Both the position numbers and the translations under genes were made by a program. The notes under the pieces are model-generated. The model saw only the letters and a program-made list of their open reading frames with translations. It had not been told where the DNA came from and ran no database searches. Shown here piece by piece: positions 21,837-38,364 of a DNA stretch of 64,000 nt. The stretch lies in assembly GCF_009914755.1 (NCBI RefSeq), contig NC_060930.1; one strand, given 5' to 3'. Numbering within the stretch: the stretch's first letter is position 1; each line of letters starts with the position of its first letter. The DNA comes from the human T2T-CHM13v2.0 reference genome, Homo sapiens.

Positions 21837-21998
21837 TTAGACCACACATAGTCAGAATGCTGACTCTCCAGTGGTGAGTATAAGGTGCAAGGTTTGGTCC
21901 AAAGAGTTCCAATGGCAATGGCAGGAGGGAAAAACATCAAAGATTGAATTACATACAAATCCTTGAGGACAGGAATTTTTATTCACCTCGGCATCCTA

Positions 21999-22427
<429 letters not shown>

Positions 22428-22789
22428 CCCACAGAGATTCTCTTGACCCTAGCATTTTTCTGATTTATTAATTTAATCAGCAGTTTGCGTCATTGCTGAA
22501 TTCAGAACATTGTGCAAGACTGCCAAAGTGATCTTGACTAAAGAAAGATATGCCAGTTTCACCTTGGCATTTCACTGGATTAGAATCCAGAATGAAATGA
22601 CATAACCTGATTAAGTTATGGCTGTTAATGCAACTATATGAATTATAGCCAGGTGAGTAGGCTGTGCGAGGTAGCCAGCTGAGTAGGCTGTGCAACTTAT
22701 TTTCCGCCCAGTAGCCTTGAGATAGGTGCTCAGTAAACCAAACTGAACAAAATTGTGGTCAGAGTTTCCTATAAGTAAATTATAAAGAG

Positions 22790-22908
22790 TGGTGGTGTGG
22801 CCCTGTAGTCCCAGCTACTTGGGACACTGAGGCAGGAGGATCGCTTGTGCCTAGGAGTTCAAGACCAGCCTGGGCAAGATAGTGAGATCCCGTCTCAAAA
22901 AAAAAAAA
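22790..22908 (+). mobile_element. Alu monomer fragment
   Basis: Partial Alu with A tail. Confidence 0.8.
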
Positions 22909-23068
22909 ATACAACAGAGAAACACCTTGGATTCATTTTTTTTTTTGGTCACATTTCTTTCTGTTTGACTTTGAAATTTGACTTATACAGGGGAAGAATA
23001 TTATAGAAGTCCTAAGCTTACCTGGATCTATTTTAGTTTTTCATAAGATACAATTTATTGTGTATACC

Positions 23069-23759
<691 letters not shown>

Positions 23760-23985
23760 TTGAAATGATTTTTTTTAAACTTCATGAATACAAACAAATG
23801 TATTATCTTCTGCAGCAATCCAAGCCAGTGTTGTATGTGTTATTTCTTGAATATTTGGTTCTGGTGGAGCTGGGGGGTTGGTGACAAGGAGCAGAGGAGA
23901 GGCCTGGGATGGGAGCTGCTTGGTGCCTGTTCTTGCTTCCTGACACTGGGTGGAGGTGGTGGCATCATTACTCTTGAGTCTTTGA

Positions 23986-24478
<493 letters not shown>

Positions 24479-24764
24479 TCCCCCATCCCCCCAACCATCT
24501 TGTCAGTCACAAGAATCCAGCTTTTTCTGTGGTCAGTAGGATCAGCAGCCTGGATTTCTGTAGTGGCCTTTGTTGACTCAGGAGTGTGATGTGCTCTGCC
24601 GCCATGCACCTGCTGCAGTCGTTCTTGCTCAGGGAAAACCGACACGATAAAGTGTAAATTGCTATATTTTCCTGTTGTCTCCTTCTTTTTCCCCACTGGG
24701 CAAACCTCCCTTTGTTCTTACTGTCTTAGTGATAAGTGATGGATTTGAATAACCTGGAGAATTT

Positions 24765-27170
<2,406 letters not shown>

Positions 27171-27214
27171 GGGACTTTTTTAAAAAAGCAGTTTGGTTTT
27201 ATTTCCAAACACAG

Positions 27215-27391
27215 GAAGCTCTTACTCCTCAGAAATGTATTCCTCACATCATCGTCCGGGGTCTCGTGCGTATTCGATGCGTTCAGGAAGTGGAGAGAAT
27301 ACTGTATTTTATGACCAGAAAAGGTCTCATCAACACTGGAGTTCTCAGCGTGGGAGCCGACCAGTATCTTCTCCCTAAGGACTACCACAAT
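27215..27391 (+). CDS. KDM1B: KDM1B exon E (EALTPQKC...KDYHN; SWIRM)
   Basis: acacag|GAAGCT...CACAAT|gtaggt; 177 nt, phase 0/0. Confidence 0.95.
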
Positions 27392-27744
27392 GTAGGTGAT
27401 TATAGCTTTAGCGATAGCCTTGCCATTGATCAGGACAAACGCTAGTCTGTTGCTGTTAATAAATATAGTAAAAGCCACATTATCACCATAAAACTTAACA
27501 GAAGCAAGGCTTTCGCAGAATGTGTTTCTCCTGAAAGGAGAATATCAAGCACTCTTTCCCCAGATTGTAGGGAAAAAGGGAAGGGAGTAATAAGACAAGT
27601 GCCACCACATTCTTTAGGAAAATAACTTTCTAAGGACATCAAAGAAATGTAAATGAACGAATTTGCTCTGCAGTTCCGGAACAACTAAAACAGGACGTTG
27701 TTATCATCTGCTCTAATTGGACTTTTGTTTCTTTTCTTTTTAAG

Positions 27745-27819
27745 AAATCAGTCATCATTATCGGGGCTGGTCCAGCAGGATTAGCAGCTGCTAGGCAACT
27801 GCATAACTTTGGAATTAAG
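27745..27819 (+). CDS. KDM1B: KDM1B exon F (KSVIIIGAGPAGLAAARQLHNFGIK; FAD-binding GxGxxG)
   Basis: tttaag|AAATCA...ATTAAG|gtagga; 75 nt; Rossmann dinucleotide-binding motif. Confidence 0.97.
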
Positions 27820-28083
27820 GTAGGATTTTGGGGACATGGAGTTAGAACAGATGGTTGACTGCTCCTTTTGGTCCAAATTTCTAAGATTTAGAAACCAGTT
27901 CCTATTTTTAGTGAAGAATACTAAATACATTATATGTTTATATTAGGTCCTAGAAAAGTTATAAAACTTGAAATTGATTTCATAAGAAAAAGGTAAATAG
28001 AAATTCTCACAGCTTTGGAGATAATTTTAGACTCTAATGAGCAAGTCAGAAGAAATTCTAACTTGGCATTAAAGTAGAAATTC

Positions 28084-28353
28084 TTTTTTTTTTTTTTTTT
28101 TGAGACAGAGTCTTGCTCTGTCGCCCAGGCTGGAGTGCAGCAGTGCGATCTCAGCTCACCGCAACCTCTGCCTCTTGGGTTCAAGCTGGGATTACAGATG
28201 TGTGCCATCATGCCCAGCGAATTTTTGTATTTTTAGTAGAGTGGGGTTTCACCGTGTTGGCCAGGCCGGTCTTGAACTCCTGACCTCAAGTGATCTGCCT
28301 GCCTTGGTCTCCCAAAGTGCTGGGATTACAGATGTGAGCCACTGCACCTGGCC
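28084..28353 (-). mobile_element. Alu (internal deletion)
   Basis: TSD aaagtagaa(a/g)ttctt. Confidence 0.9.
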
Positions 28354-28545
28354 AAAGTAGAAGTTCTTGACAGATTATTATTCGCACAATAGACATGATG
28401 AGAAAAAGCCCGTTTCCGCAGTAGTTTGAGACAGCAAATAGTAGCATGGATATTCATTATTCCTTGTGTAAAAAAGTTTCTGAAATACTCAGTTCTAAGT
28501 TTTTTTTTTAAATCTATTTATTTATTTTGAGACAGTGTTATGAGA

Positions 28546-28687
28546 CTGGCTAATTTTTGTATTTTTGGTAGAGACGGGATTTCACCATGTTGGCAAGGCA
28601 GGTCTCAAACTCCTCAGTTAAAGCGATCTGCCTGCCTTGGCCTCCCAAAGTGCTGGGATTACAGGTGCGAGCCACTGTGCCCGGCCT
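28546..28687 (-). mobile_element. Alu left arm
   Basis: Partial reverse Alu. Confidence 0.82.
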
Positions 28688-28726
28688 CCAGTTAAATTTT
28701 TTTATGCCCGTCAAAAACGCCCTTTG

Positions 28727-28815
28727 CGGAGCTTGCAGTGAGCCAAGATTGCGCCACTGCACTCCAGCCTGGGTGACAGAGCGAGACTCCATCTCAAAAA
28801 AAAAAAAAAAAAAAA
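28727..28815 (+). mobile_element. Severely 5'-truncated AluY
   Basis: ggagcttgcagtgagcc...ctc plus A tail; perfect TSD aaaacgccctttg at 28714-28726 and 28817-28829. Confidence 0.9.
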
Positions 28816-29043
28816 CAAAACGCCCTTTGAATCTCATTTCAGACATGACCCACTGCTCCAGGCCTAGCACATGTTTCAGTTGATTGTTTATTTCAGTATT
28901 AGATATTTGGGCCAAGGTTATTTGAGTTTTACTTGGGAAACCTACAGATTATATTACAAGGAAGGTTATTAAAATCCAAAATCTAGGCAGGCTAGTCTTT
29001 AATGTTCAGCCTTCCTCTTATACTAAAAAAAAAACTAGAAATG

Positions 29044-29364
29044 GGCTGGGCACAGTGGCTCAGTGCCTGTAATCCCAGCACTTTGGGAGGCCGAGGTGAG
29101 GAGATCGCTTGAGCTCAGGAGTTTGAGATCAGCCTGGGCAACATGGCAAAACCCTGTCTCTACCAGAAAAAAAAAAAAAAAAAAAAAAAAAGAAAAAAAC
29201 AGAAAATTAGCCGGGCATGGTGGTATGCACCTGTGGCCCCAGGTATTCAAGAGGCTGAGGTGGGAGGATCTCTTGAGTGAAGGAGGCAGAGGTTGCAGTG
29301 AGCCGAGATCTAGCCACCGCACTCCAGTCTGGGTGACAGAGTGAGACCCCAACTCAAACAAAAA
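29044..29364 (+). mobile_element. Alu (AluJ-like)
   Basis: TSD aaaaactagaaatgg. Confidence 0.9.
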
Positions 29365-30042
29365 CTAGAAATGGATGGTTCTGTCAGAGAAAGAGGGTAG
29401 AACTACAAGGTGCAGCCTTCCTAGTTAGAGAAAGTGAAGAATGTAAGTTTGAGAAAGCAGTTTGGAGAATCAATATTCCTTTCCGCCCCATCCCCAAGTG
29501 ATGGGGGAGATACCCAGGAGACCCTCCATTCCCGCCATGGGAGGGAAATAGATTCCTCTGAGTAGCCTGAAAGATGGTTAACTTGGGGAACCTCTCCTTG
29601 AGAATTTCAAGTAGTTTCTAGAGATCCAGAAGTGAAAGACTGGCCCTGCGATGAATAGGACTCACATTTTCAGGTAATGCAGCTCTGGGAATGTGGCACT
29701 AGGCATCCAGGGCTGCAGGTGACGTGCTGCCTGTGCACCCAAGAGCAGCTTCTCATGCCACCAGCATTAGAAATTTGGGGGCAATAAAATAGCCTGGGTA
29801 TGAGACAGACCTCATTAGGCCAAGCCCATGAAGTAATATTTATATGGAGTGGCATACTTTTTTTTTTTTTTTTTAAATAATATATCTTAGGGAAGTTAAA
29901 GCTTATTTGCAGTCCTAAAGGAATTTTGCTATGTAGATATTTCTTAGGAAAAATCACCTAAAGAAGTTTTTAACTGCTTCTTATGGAATACTATTTTATA
30001 AAAAGCTTTCAAAGTACATTTCATGTACTAGTTCATTAAATC

Positions 30043-30331
30043 TTTTTGTTTTTTGAGACAAGGTCTCACTCTGTTGCCCAGGCTGGAGTGCAGTGGCACA
30101 ATCTCTGCTCCCTGCAGCCTCCACCTCCAGGGTTCAGGTGATTCTCGTGCCTCAGCCACCTGAATAGCTGGGATTACAGGTGCATGCCACCACACCCGAC
30201 TATGTATTTCTGGTAGAGACAGGGTTTCACCATGTTGGCCAAACTGGTCACAAACTCTTGGCCTCATGTGATCCTCCTGCCTCGGCCTCCCAAAGTGCTG
30301 GTATTACAGGCATGAGCTATCGCATCTGGCC
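30043..30331 (-). mobile_element. Alu (AluS)
   Basis: TSD tagttcat(t/c)aaatct. Confidence 0.9.
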
Positions 30332-30596
30332 TAGTTCATCAAATCTTAGTATCTGGTTTGAGTGATTCTTTCAACAGACCACTCAGTTTTTCCTCGCTAG
30401 AGTCTAGATGGATTGTTTTGAACATCTATTTTGGCTTCTCTTCACACTGCCTGCTTTTTAAAGTTGTTTTTTTAGAAATATTTGGAATTAACCAAATATA
30501 GAGGCTATTTAACAGTGTCCTTCTACATTTTTATAATACTGTGTCTGATATAACTCTTGTGTCCTATTTAGCTTCCCTGACTGTCTGTCTTTTTAG

Positions 30597-30734
30597 GTGA
30601 CTGTCCTGGAAGCCAAAGACAGAATTGGAGGCCGAGTCTGGGATGATAAATCTTTTAAAGGCGTCACAGTGGGAAGAGGAGCTCAGATTGTCAATGGGTG
30701 TATTAACAACCCAGTAGCATTAATGTGTGAACAA
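30597..30734 (+). CDS. KDM1B: KDM1B exon G ([14 protein letters not shown]...LMCEQ)
   Basis: ttttag|GTGACT...GAACAA|gtgagt; 138 nt; LEAxxRxGGR flavoprotein motif. Confidence 0.97.
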
Positions 30735-30990
30735 GTGAGTTTCTTTTAGCTTTGTGTTGTAGATAAAGGAAAGAAAAACAGTTTCAATTTGCTTGTGTGC
30801 AGTATTAATATGCTTCTAAAGTAAATTACATATAACAGCCCCCTCATCTCCTATGCAAAGCAGTAAGAATTACACTTCTGCCTTTCTGAGAAGGTAGAAC
30901 TAGAGGATGTAAAATACTTTTTTTCCTTTTTCTAAGCTATTTAATTTTATTTCCTTGTTCTTTGCAGGCCACTTGGTTATCTCATAATTT

Positions 30991-31203
30991 TAGAGTTGCC
31001 AGATTTAGCATATAAAAATCCAGAATTCTCAATTAAATTTCATTTTCAGATAAACAAGTAATTTTTTACCCAAGTATTTCCCAGTATTACATGGGATATT
31101 TTACATGCAATATTTGGGACATACTTATACTTAAAAAAATTATGTATTACTAATCTGAACATCATATTTAAGGAGGCAGCCTGTCTTTAATCTGGCAGTC
31201 ATA
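30991..31203. mobile_element. MER53 palindromic hAT MITE
   Basis: tagagttgccagatttagc...ttcagataaacaa...atttgggacatacttatac...tctggcag. Confidence 0.82.
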
Positions 31204-31643
31204 GAGAGTTTATTTGAAGAGTTGGTAGGCCCAAGACTTTTTCTGAAATGTTTATTGATGGTCAATTCAATTTCAACTTCTGCTATGAGTGTTTGTGTGT
31301 TTGTGTGTTCATTTACATGAGGGTCCACAGAGGAGACAGAATGTTTGAGCAAGGACAGGCAGTGTCTAGCATCTGAAACATTAGCCAAAAAGTTACAATG
31401 GGCATGGCGTAGGAGCTGTTGCTGCCCCTCTCACATTCTCATCAAATAAAATCTTGTAGATTTCATGCTGTTTTTTTTCACTGCCTGACTTTGCTGCCAT
31501 TCCCCGTGAAGCATATTTAGCTTTATTTTTGAGAGATATGAGACCATTTTCTCCATGAGAGCTCTGTCTGATTTTCAGCTTAGAACCTGTAAATATTTTT
31601 TTCCAGGGAAAATTTTCACCTTCTTATTCTTATTATTTTGAAG

Positions 31644-31815
31644 CTTGGCATCAGCATGCATAAATTTGGAGAAAGATGTGACTTAATTCAGGAAGGTGGA
31701 AGAATAACTGACCCCACTATTGACAAGCGCATGGATTTTCATTTTAATGCTCTCTTGGATGTTGTCTCTGAGTGGAGAAAGGATAAGACTCAGCTCCAAG
31801 ATGTCCCTTTAGGAG
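31644..31815 (+). CDS. KDM1B: KDM1B exon H (LGISMHKF...DVPLG)
   Basis: ttgaag|CTTGGC...TTAGGAG|gtatgg; 172 nt, phase 0/1. Confidence 0.94.
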
Positions 31816-32277
31816 GTATGGGGAGAACGGTGTTCTGATTGTTCCATCTCAGTTTCGTTGTTACCTAAGCTTCATCAGCAGTGGCATTGTTCATTTGCGA
31901 GGTCGGATGTCGGCAACAGGGTAGCCCTCCTGAGCATTTCTTTTGGACTGATGGATTCTCCAAGTTCTCAGGGGAGGAGAACTTTTTGTAGGGAGGCTTA
32001 GATGCTTGTGTTGTGTACACACACACACACAGACCTTACTTTACACAATAGCTGGTGTTTTACAAAATTACCTACGTGTTTAATTTTAAATTTCCCAGAG
32101 TAGCTTACTTTTATGGGAACATGTGGTAAGCCCTGTGTGATAAATCATCACCCTGTAATGTCTTTTCTAGGTAAGGGTTTGTGTGTGCCAGGATTTCTTT
32201 TTGTTGAGCAGTGAGTTAAGGTTTTTTCCAGTATATTTTAAGAATGCAAGAGTATTACAGTTTAAGAATTTTAACCC

Positions 32278-32567
32278 ATTAGGCACAGTGGCTCACACCT
32301 GTAATCCGAACATTTGGGAGGTCAAGCGGGGAAGATCACTTGAGTCCAGGAGTTCAAGACCAGCCTGGGCAACATAGTGAGCCTTGTGTCTACAAAAAAA
32401 AAGGGCGGGGGGCAAGCATGGTGGTGTGTGTCTGTAGTCCCAGCTACTCGGGAGGCTGAGGTGGAAGGATAGCTTTGAGCTGAGGAGGTTAAGGTTCCAG
32501 TGAGCTATGATCCCACCACTGCACTCCAGCCTGGGCAATGAAGCAAGACCCTATTTCAAAAAAAAAA
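32278..32567 (+). mobile_element. Alu (AluJ-like)
   Basis: Alu consensus. Confidence 0.87.
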
Positions 32568-33281
32568 GGAATTTTAATTCAAAATCTTTTGGCTTTTGTA
32601 CTTAAATGGGCAATATTAGCCACAACTATTTAGAAAACTTGACCATCCATAGTGGCTCATTTTCACGAGGGTGCCAGCTTAAATTTTACTGTATTGCTTC
32701 TTAAATTGATATTTATTTGGCCTACAATTTTGTGACCTGAATGTATTCACTTGTAGTTCTTGGAGGCATGTTGGAGTTTCTTGTAGTGTGAACATTGGAA
32801 CTCAGTTTGCAAGGTGTTAATTTGCTTCAACTGTATGTTTCTTTGCAAGAGCTCTCAATTCTTCAGGCTGATATACAGTTCATCTCTGTTTGGGGTAAAC
32901 TTCTTAGTAGCAGGGACTATGTATCTCTTCTTTTTCTCTTTTCCCTTCCCCTCTCCTGTGGCAACCCACCACCTCTAGGAGACCTATGCTGTAATCGTCC
33001 TTAGTAAGTTTTGACTGATATACTACAAGAGAACATTTTCAGAAATATACTCTCGTCAACAGGGATCATTTAATCAAATGTTGTAGTGTCCAGACTAATT
33101 CGTAAGTTGTTAAATTTCCTGGAGTTGAGAACAGTTATTAGGCTGACGTGCAGGATATTCTCAGGACTTGGTTAGTGTTTTGTACCTGTGTTGCAGTCAC
33201 TGGCTGGAGTTTTCATTACATGTCTTTCAGAGTCACCATATAAAAATGTTTAATGATAATGCTTTGCCTTACCCTTACCTA

Positions 33282-33464
<183 letters not shown>

Positions 33465-33712
33465 TTAAGGTAGGCTCAGCAATTCTTACTGTGTAAGTGG
33501 GTATTTCATCTTATCAATAGCTTGTTTAAAAGCTTTGATAGTAGTGCACACATCTCTGTGTAAGGCTATAGTTATATCCTGCCTGTTGGTATCTTAGCTG
33601 TCTGAGATCTCATCTTACCAGCACAAAGCTGGGGAAACTCAAATCTAAATACTAAGGGACTAGATTTCATTTCAGAAAGCATGTGCACTAAAGCTGTTTT
33701 AAATATTATTTA

Positions 33713-34045
<333 letters not shown>

Positions 34046-34377
34046 TCAGTCTGTTTATACACTATCTTAGCAATCTTGGTTTTTCTCCCCGCCGCCTCCA
34101 CAAAACCAACAGGAATGTAGAAACTGCACAGCAGGAAGCGGGGATGGGACTTCTACAAAAGTCACAGAAAGTGGCACAAAGCCCAGGGGTCTAGGAGCAA
34201 CAAAGACAGGCACAAATCTGGAGGCCTCTTGGGCATCCGCATGTTACAATCTAGTGCAAGAACTGAACATTTTGATGAAAGCCTTGAGCTGTTCTAAAAA
34301 AAAAAATATTTGAAGTAACTGATACTCAGTTCTGCTTCTAGTCAGAGAAGTGTGTGACACTCTGTTAAACTTGGGAT

Positions 34378-34652
34378 TACACCTGTAATCCCAGCACTTC
34401 GGGAGGCTGAGGTGGGTAGATTTCTTGAGCTCAGGAGTTTGAGACCAGCCTGGGCAACATGGTGAAACCCATCTCTACTAAAAATTCAAAAATTAGCTGG
34501 GCATAGAGGCGGGCGCCTGTAGTCCCAGCTACTTGGGAGGCCGATTGCTGGAGCCCCGGAAGTTGAGGCTGCAGTGAGTCGGAATGGCACCACAGCACTC
34601 CAGCCTGGGTGACATGGTGAGACCCTATCTCAGGAAAAAAAAGAAAAAGAAA
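34378..34652 (+). mobile_element. Alu (AluJ-like)
   Basis: Alu consensus, 5' slightly truncated. Confidence 0.87.
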
Positions 34653-35453
34653 ACACCACCAGAAAAAGAAACGTGGAGTCTGTGATACATGTTTTGGATG
34701 GTTGTCATCACTGGAACAGTTGTAAAGAAGTAACCTGTACTGAGATGCTTAGAATTAGTCAGACATCAAGCCAGAACCCTCTTCCAGCCCTGCTATAAAG
34801 GAATGTAAGACAAAAATGATATCACAGGGCTGTGTCCATATAGTTACAAGGTCCGGTTGAGTGGGACAGATAAGTAAGGGCTGGAGTTGATGACAGGGAG
34901 AAATTCTGGGGGCTTGCCACGGCCCGGTGATGCCCGACTATAAAGAATGGATGGGATTGGGTGGGAGAAGGCATTCCCATGAGGGAGAGTGGGAGGTCGC
35001 AGACCCTGCAGGGTAGGAATTTACCAGGAAAAAGATTCAAAGCATTACAGCAGAGCCTGCGAGTGGGCAGATCGTAGCTGCTGCCTTTGGAAAGATTAAA
35101 ATGTGCTAGCTTTGCCTGGCTGTGGTTGGGGAATTTATTACATAGGCAACCAGTAATTGTAGATATGGAGGCGGAGTGCTGACAAGATACAAGCCCATAA
35201 TGGAATATTCTTGTTTGGGACAGACTGTAGCCAATAGGTTACAGGTCTCTTAGTTGAGGTGAGATGTTGTAAGCATTGACTTTAAGGTGATGGCAGCAGG
35301 ACCAGAAAGAGAATGGTAACTTCTGTGTGTGTGCATGTACATCTATGTGTGGGGACAGTTTTTCTGTATCTTGAGCAAAAGAGGAAACCACTTCTCAACG
35401 AAGCGAAATTGAGACGTTTCTGAAGATATAGAACTTACATAGCTTTGTTTCCG

Positions 35454-35509
35454 GTTGTGCACATGTACCCTAAAACTTAAAGTATAATAATAATAAAATT
35501 AAAAAAAAA
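35454..35509 (+). mobile_element. Tiny L1PA 3'-terminal fragment
   Basis: gttgtgcacatgtaccctaaaacttaaagtataataataataaaa plus A tail matches the extreme 3' end of a young L1PA. Confidence 0.85.
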
Positions 35510-35694
35510 GATAAACTTTCTCTTCCTGAGAGAAATGGACCTTATCAAGAGATCTTTTCCCCTCTGACTTTACTTGGGAAAAGACTTTGGAAGTTTTGGG
35601 TGTTGCTGGGTGACAGAGGTTGAAAGCAAAGGAGAAAGAATTGGAGAATCTTGTTAAAGCTATTTTTTTCTGCTTTGATCCATTCCCATTACAG

Positions 35695-35822
35695 AAAAGA
35701 TAGAAGAAATCTACAAGGCATTTATTAAGGAATCTGGTATCCAATTCAGTGAGCTGGAGGGACAGGTGCTTCAGTTCCATCTCAGTAACCTGGAGTACGC
35801 CTGTGGCAGCAACCTTCACCAG
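35695..35822 (+). CDS. KDM1B: KDM1B exon I (EKIEEIYKAF...SNLHQ)
   Basis: ttacag|AAAAGA...CACCAG|gtgcgc; 128 nt, phase 1/0. Confidence 0.94.
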
Positions 35823-35869
35823 GTGCGCTTGGGTTTTGTGAAAGGTGTGCTTTGAAAATACTTGGTTTA

Positions 35870-36191
<322 letters not shown>

Positions 36192-36391
36192 CTAAATATT
36201 GAATTTGAGCTGGTTTCGATAAACAGGAAAGAATGATTCTCCTTAAAAGTTTGAAAACCATGACTTCTGAGCATATTAACCCCACAGTGGTTTTGGTTGT
36301 TTTTTAAACTTTTTTTTTTTTTTTAAGCAAGAGAAACTCTTCTTCAGATAATGCTTGTGAAAGAAGCTCAATACGTAAAAACAAAGGAAGA

Positions 36392-36882
36392 GGCTGGGTG
36401 CAGTGGCTCCCTTCTGTAATCCCAGCACTTTGAGAGGCCAAGACAGGCGGATTGTTTGAGCCCAGGAGTTCAAGACCATCCTGGGCAACATGGCAAAATC
36501 CTGTCTCTACAAAACATACAAAAAATTAGCTGGGCTTAGTGGCATGTGCCTGTAGTCCCAGCTAAGTGGGAGGCTGAGGTGGGAGGATTGCTTGATCCCA
36601 GGAGTTCAAAGCTGCAGTTAGCTGTGATGGTGCTACCACACTGCTGCCTGGGCGATAGAGTGAGACCCTGTCTAGGGGGAGAAAAAAGAAATCAATCACT
36701 CCAAAGGAAGGAGGGCTATTGGGCTGAATCAGATCAGGGTCTCTTATGTTTTTCTTATTTTTTGTAGAGATGGGGTCTTGCCATGTTGCCTAGTCTGGTC
36801 TTGAACTCCTGGTCTCAAGTGATCCTCCTGCCTCGGCCTCCCAAAATGCTGGAATTACAGGCATGAGCCACTGCACCAGGAC
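36392..36882. mobile_element. Alu (+, 36392-36689) and Alu monomer (-, 36748-36882)
   Basis: Alu consensus in both orientations. Confidence 0.87.
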
Positions 36883-37555
36883 TTGTCTCTTTACCGTCCT
36901 TTCCCTGCCCTCTGCAGAGGGCCTTGGGTCATTTCTGTGGAACCGTGGAGTCGGAAACACTGCTCTCGAGAAGCCAAAATAGAGTATCCTTGCAAGTCTG
37001 GTCTGTTTACCTTGTTAAAGTAAATTTAAGCTTGCCTAACTCATTTAACCAACTGTGAACTTAATACCCCAGTATTCTGTATTTTGAATAGAACTCCACG
37101 GATGATTTCAGAGGCCCCTTTGGGACCTCTCCATTTCCACTTGGTTCTGCATTGTGATTGGAGTCATGCTATTTTCCAAAATCGTGCAGGGTTTCTATTC
37201 TGTAGAGCTTCCATGTTGAGGACAGATAGCATATTTATATATGTTGATCAAATACAGTTTTACCCTCATAGAATTCTACTTTGCCAGAGTTGTCAATATA
37301 GAAAATCAGCTTCTATTTTTATCAAGGAGTGGTACCCATGTCCAAGTCATATGGACCTTTTGTTCTCAAATAAACTTTCCTCAAATAAAATTATCGAGAT
37401 TTCCTCCCCCAGTGGTGGTCTCTGCCTAGGCTGGTCTGCCTGTCCCCTGCCCTCCTGCCTTGGTGGCTGTTCCCACCTGGAGCTCCTCATATTGGCTCTC
37501 AGGCACAGGCACAAGGATTTACACTGCTGTGTCCCCAACCTCTCTTGTTTCCCAG

Positions 37556-37687
37556 GTATCTGCTCGCTCGTGGGACCACAATGAATTCTTTGCCCAGTTT
37601 GCTGGTGACCACACTCTGCTAACTCCCGGGTACTCGGTGATAATTGAAAAACTGGCAGAAGGGCTTGACATTCAACTCAAATCTCCA
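37556..37687 (+). CDS. KDM1B: KDM1B exon J ([12 protein letters not shown]...LKSP)
   Basis: tcccag|GTATCT...TCTCCA|gtgagt; 132 nt. Confidence 0.95.
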
Positions 37688-38289
37688 GTGAGTATCAACT
37701 GCTGGGAGGCTCTGGCTCGCCTTGTTTGGGGAGGATGTGAAGTTCTGGGCATGCGGCTCACGCAGGAGAATGGGGCTGGCTTTGGTGTTTAGCCAGGGTC
37801 TAGAAGTACTTTTGTGGCTCATTCGTAGCCTGTGTAGCATTATCCATGTCAGTGAGGCAGCTGCTGCTGCTTGGAAACCGTAGTGGCCCCAGTGCATTTC
37901 TATTAAGAAGAAGGTATTCAAATTGCTTCGCAACTTTCCTAACCCAGTGCAGTTATTTTCACTTTAAAATTTTCCCTTCAAATCTTTGTCTCAGTGCATT
38001 TGTATTGTGTGTTATTGTAATCATGGGGGTGATTACTTAACTGTATTTCCCTTCACACCATATTATAACTATCTTCTATATTCCGACACAATGTTTATTT
38101 TGTATATTCTGACAGAGTATAAATTCTAACTCCCTCAGTTCAGCTATAACAATTGTTTAGATCTCTGAATGCCAGGAAAAGATTCCCCTTAGCCTTGGAG
38201 ATGTAAATTCATGTAATATGAGAATCGGAAAGGATCCTGGATCACGTGGTTCCATCCCTCACTTTTTTTCATAATTGCTTTTTGAGCAG

Positions 38290-38364
38290 GTGCAGTGTAT
38301 TGATTATTCTGGAGATGAAGTGCAGGTTACCACTACAGATGGCACAGGGTATTCTGCACAAAAG
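38290..38364 (+). CDS. KDM1B: KDM1B exon K (VQCIDYSG...SAQK)
   Basis: gagcag|GTGCAG...CAAAAG|gtaaga; 75 nt. Confidence 0.94.

Noticed and set aside
37084-37584. 166-aa non-repeat ORF
   Set aside because: TTG start, no recognisable domain, overlaps exon J out of frame
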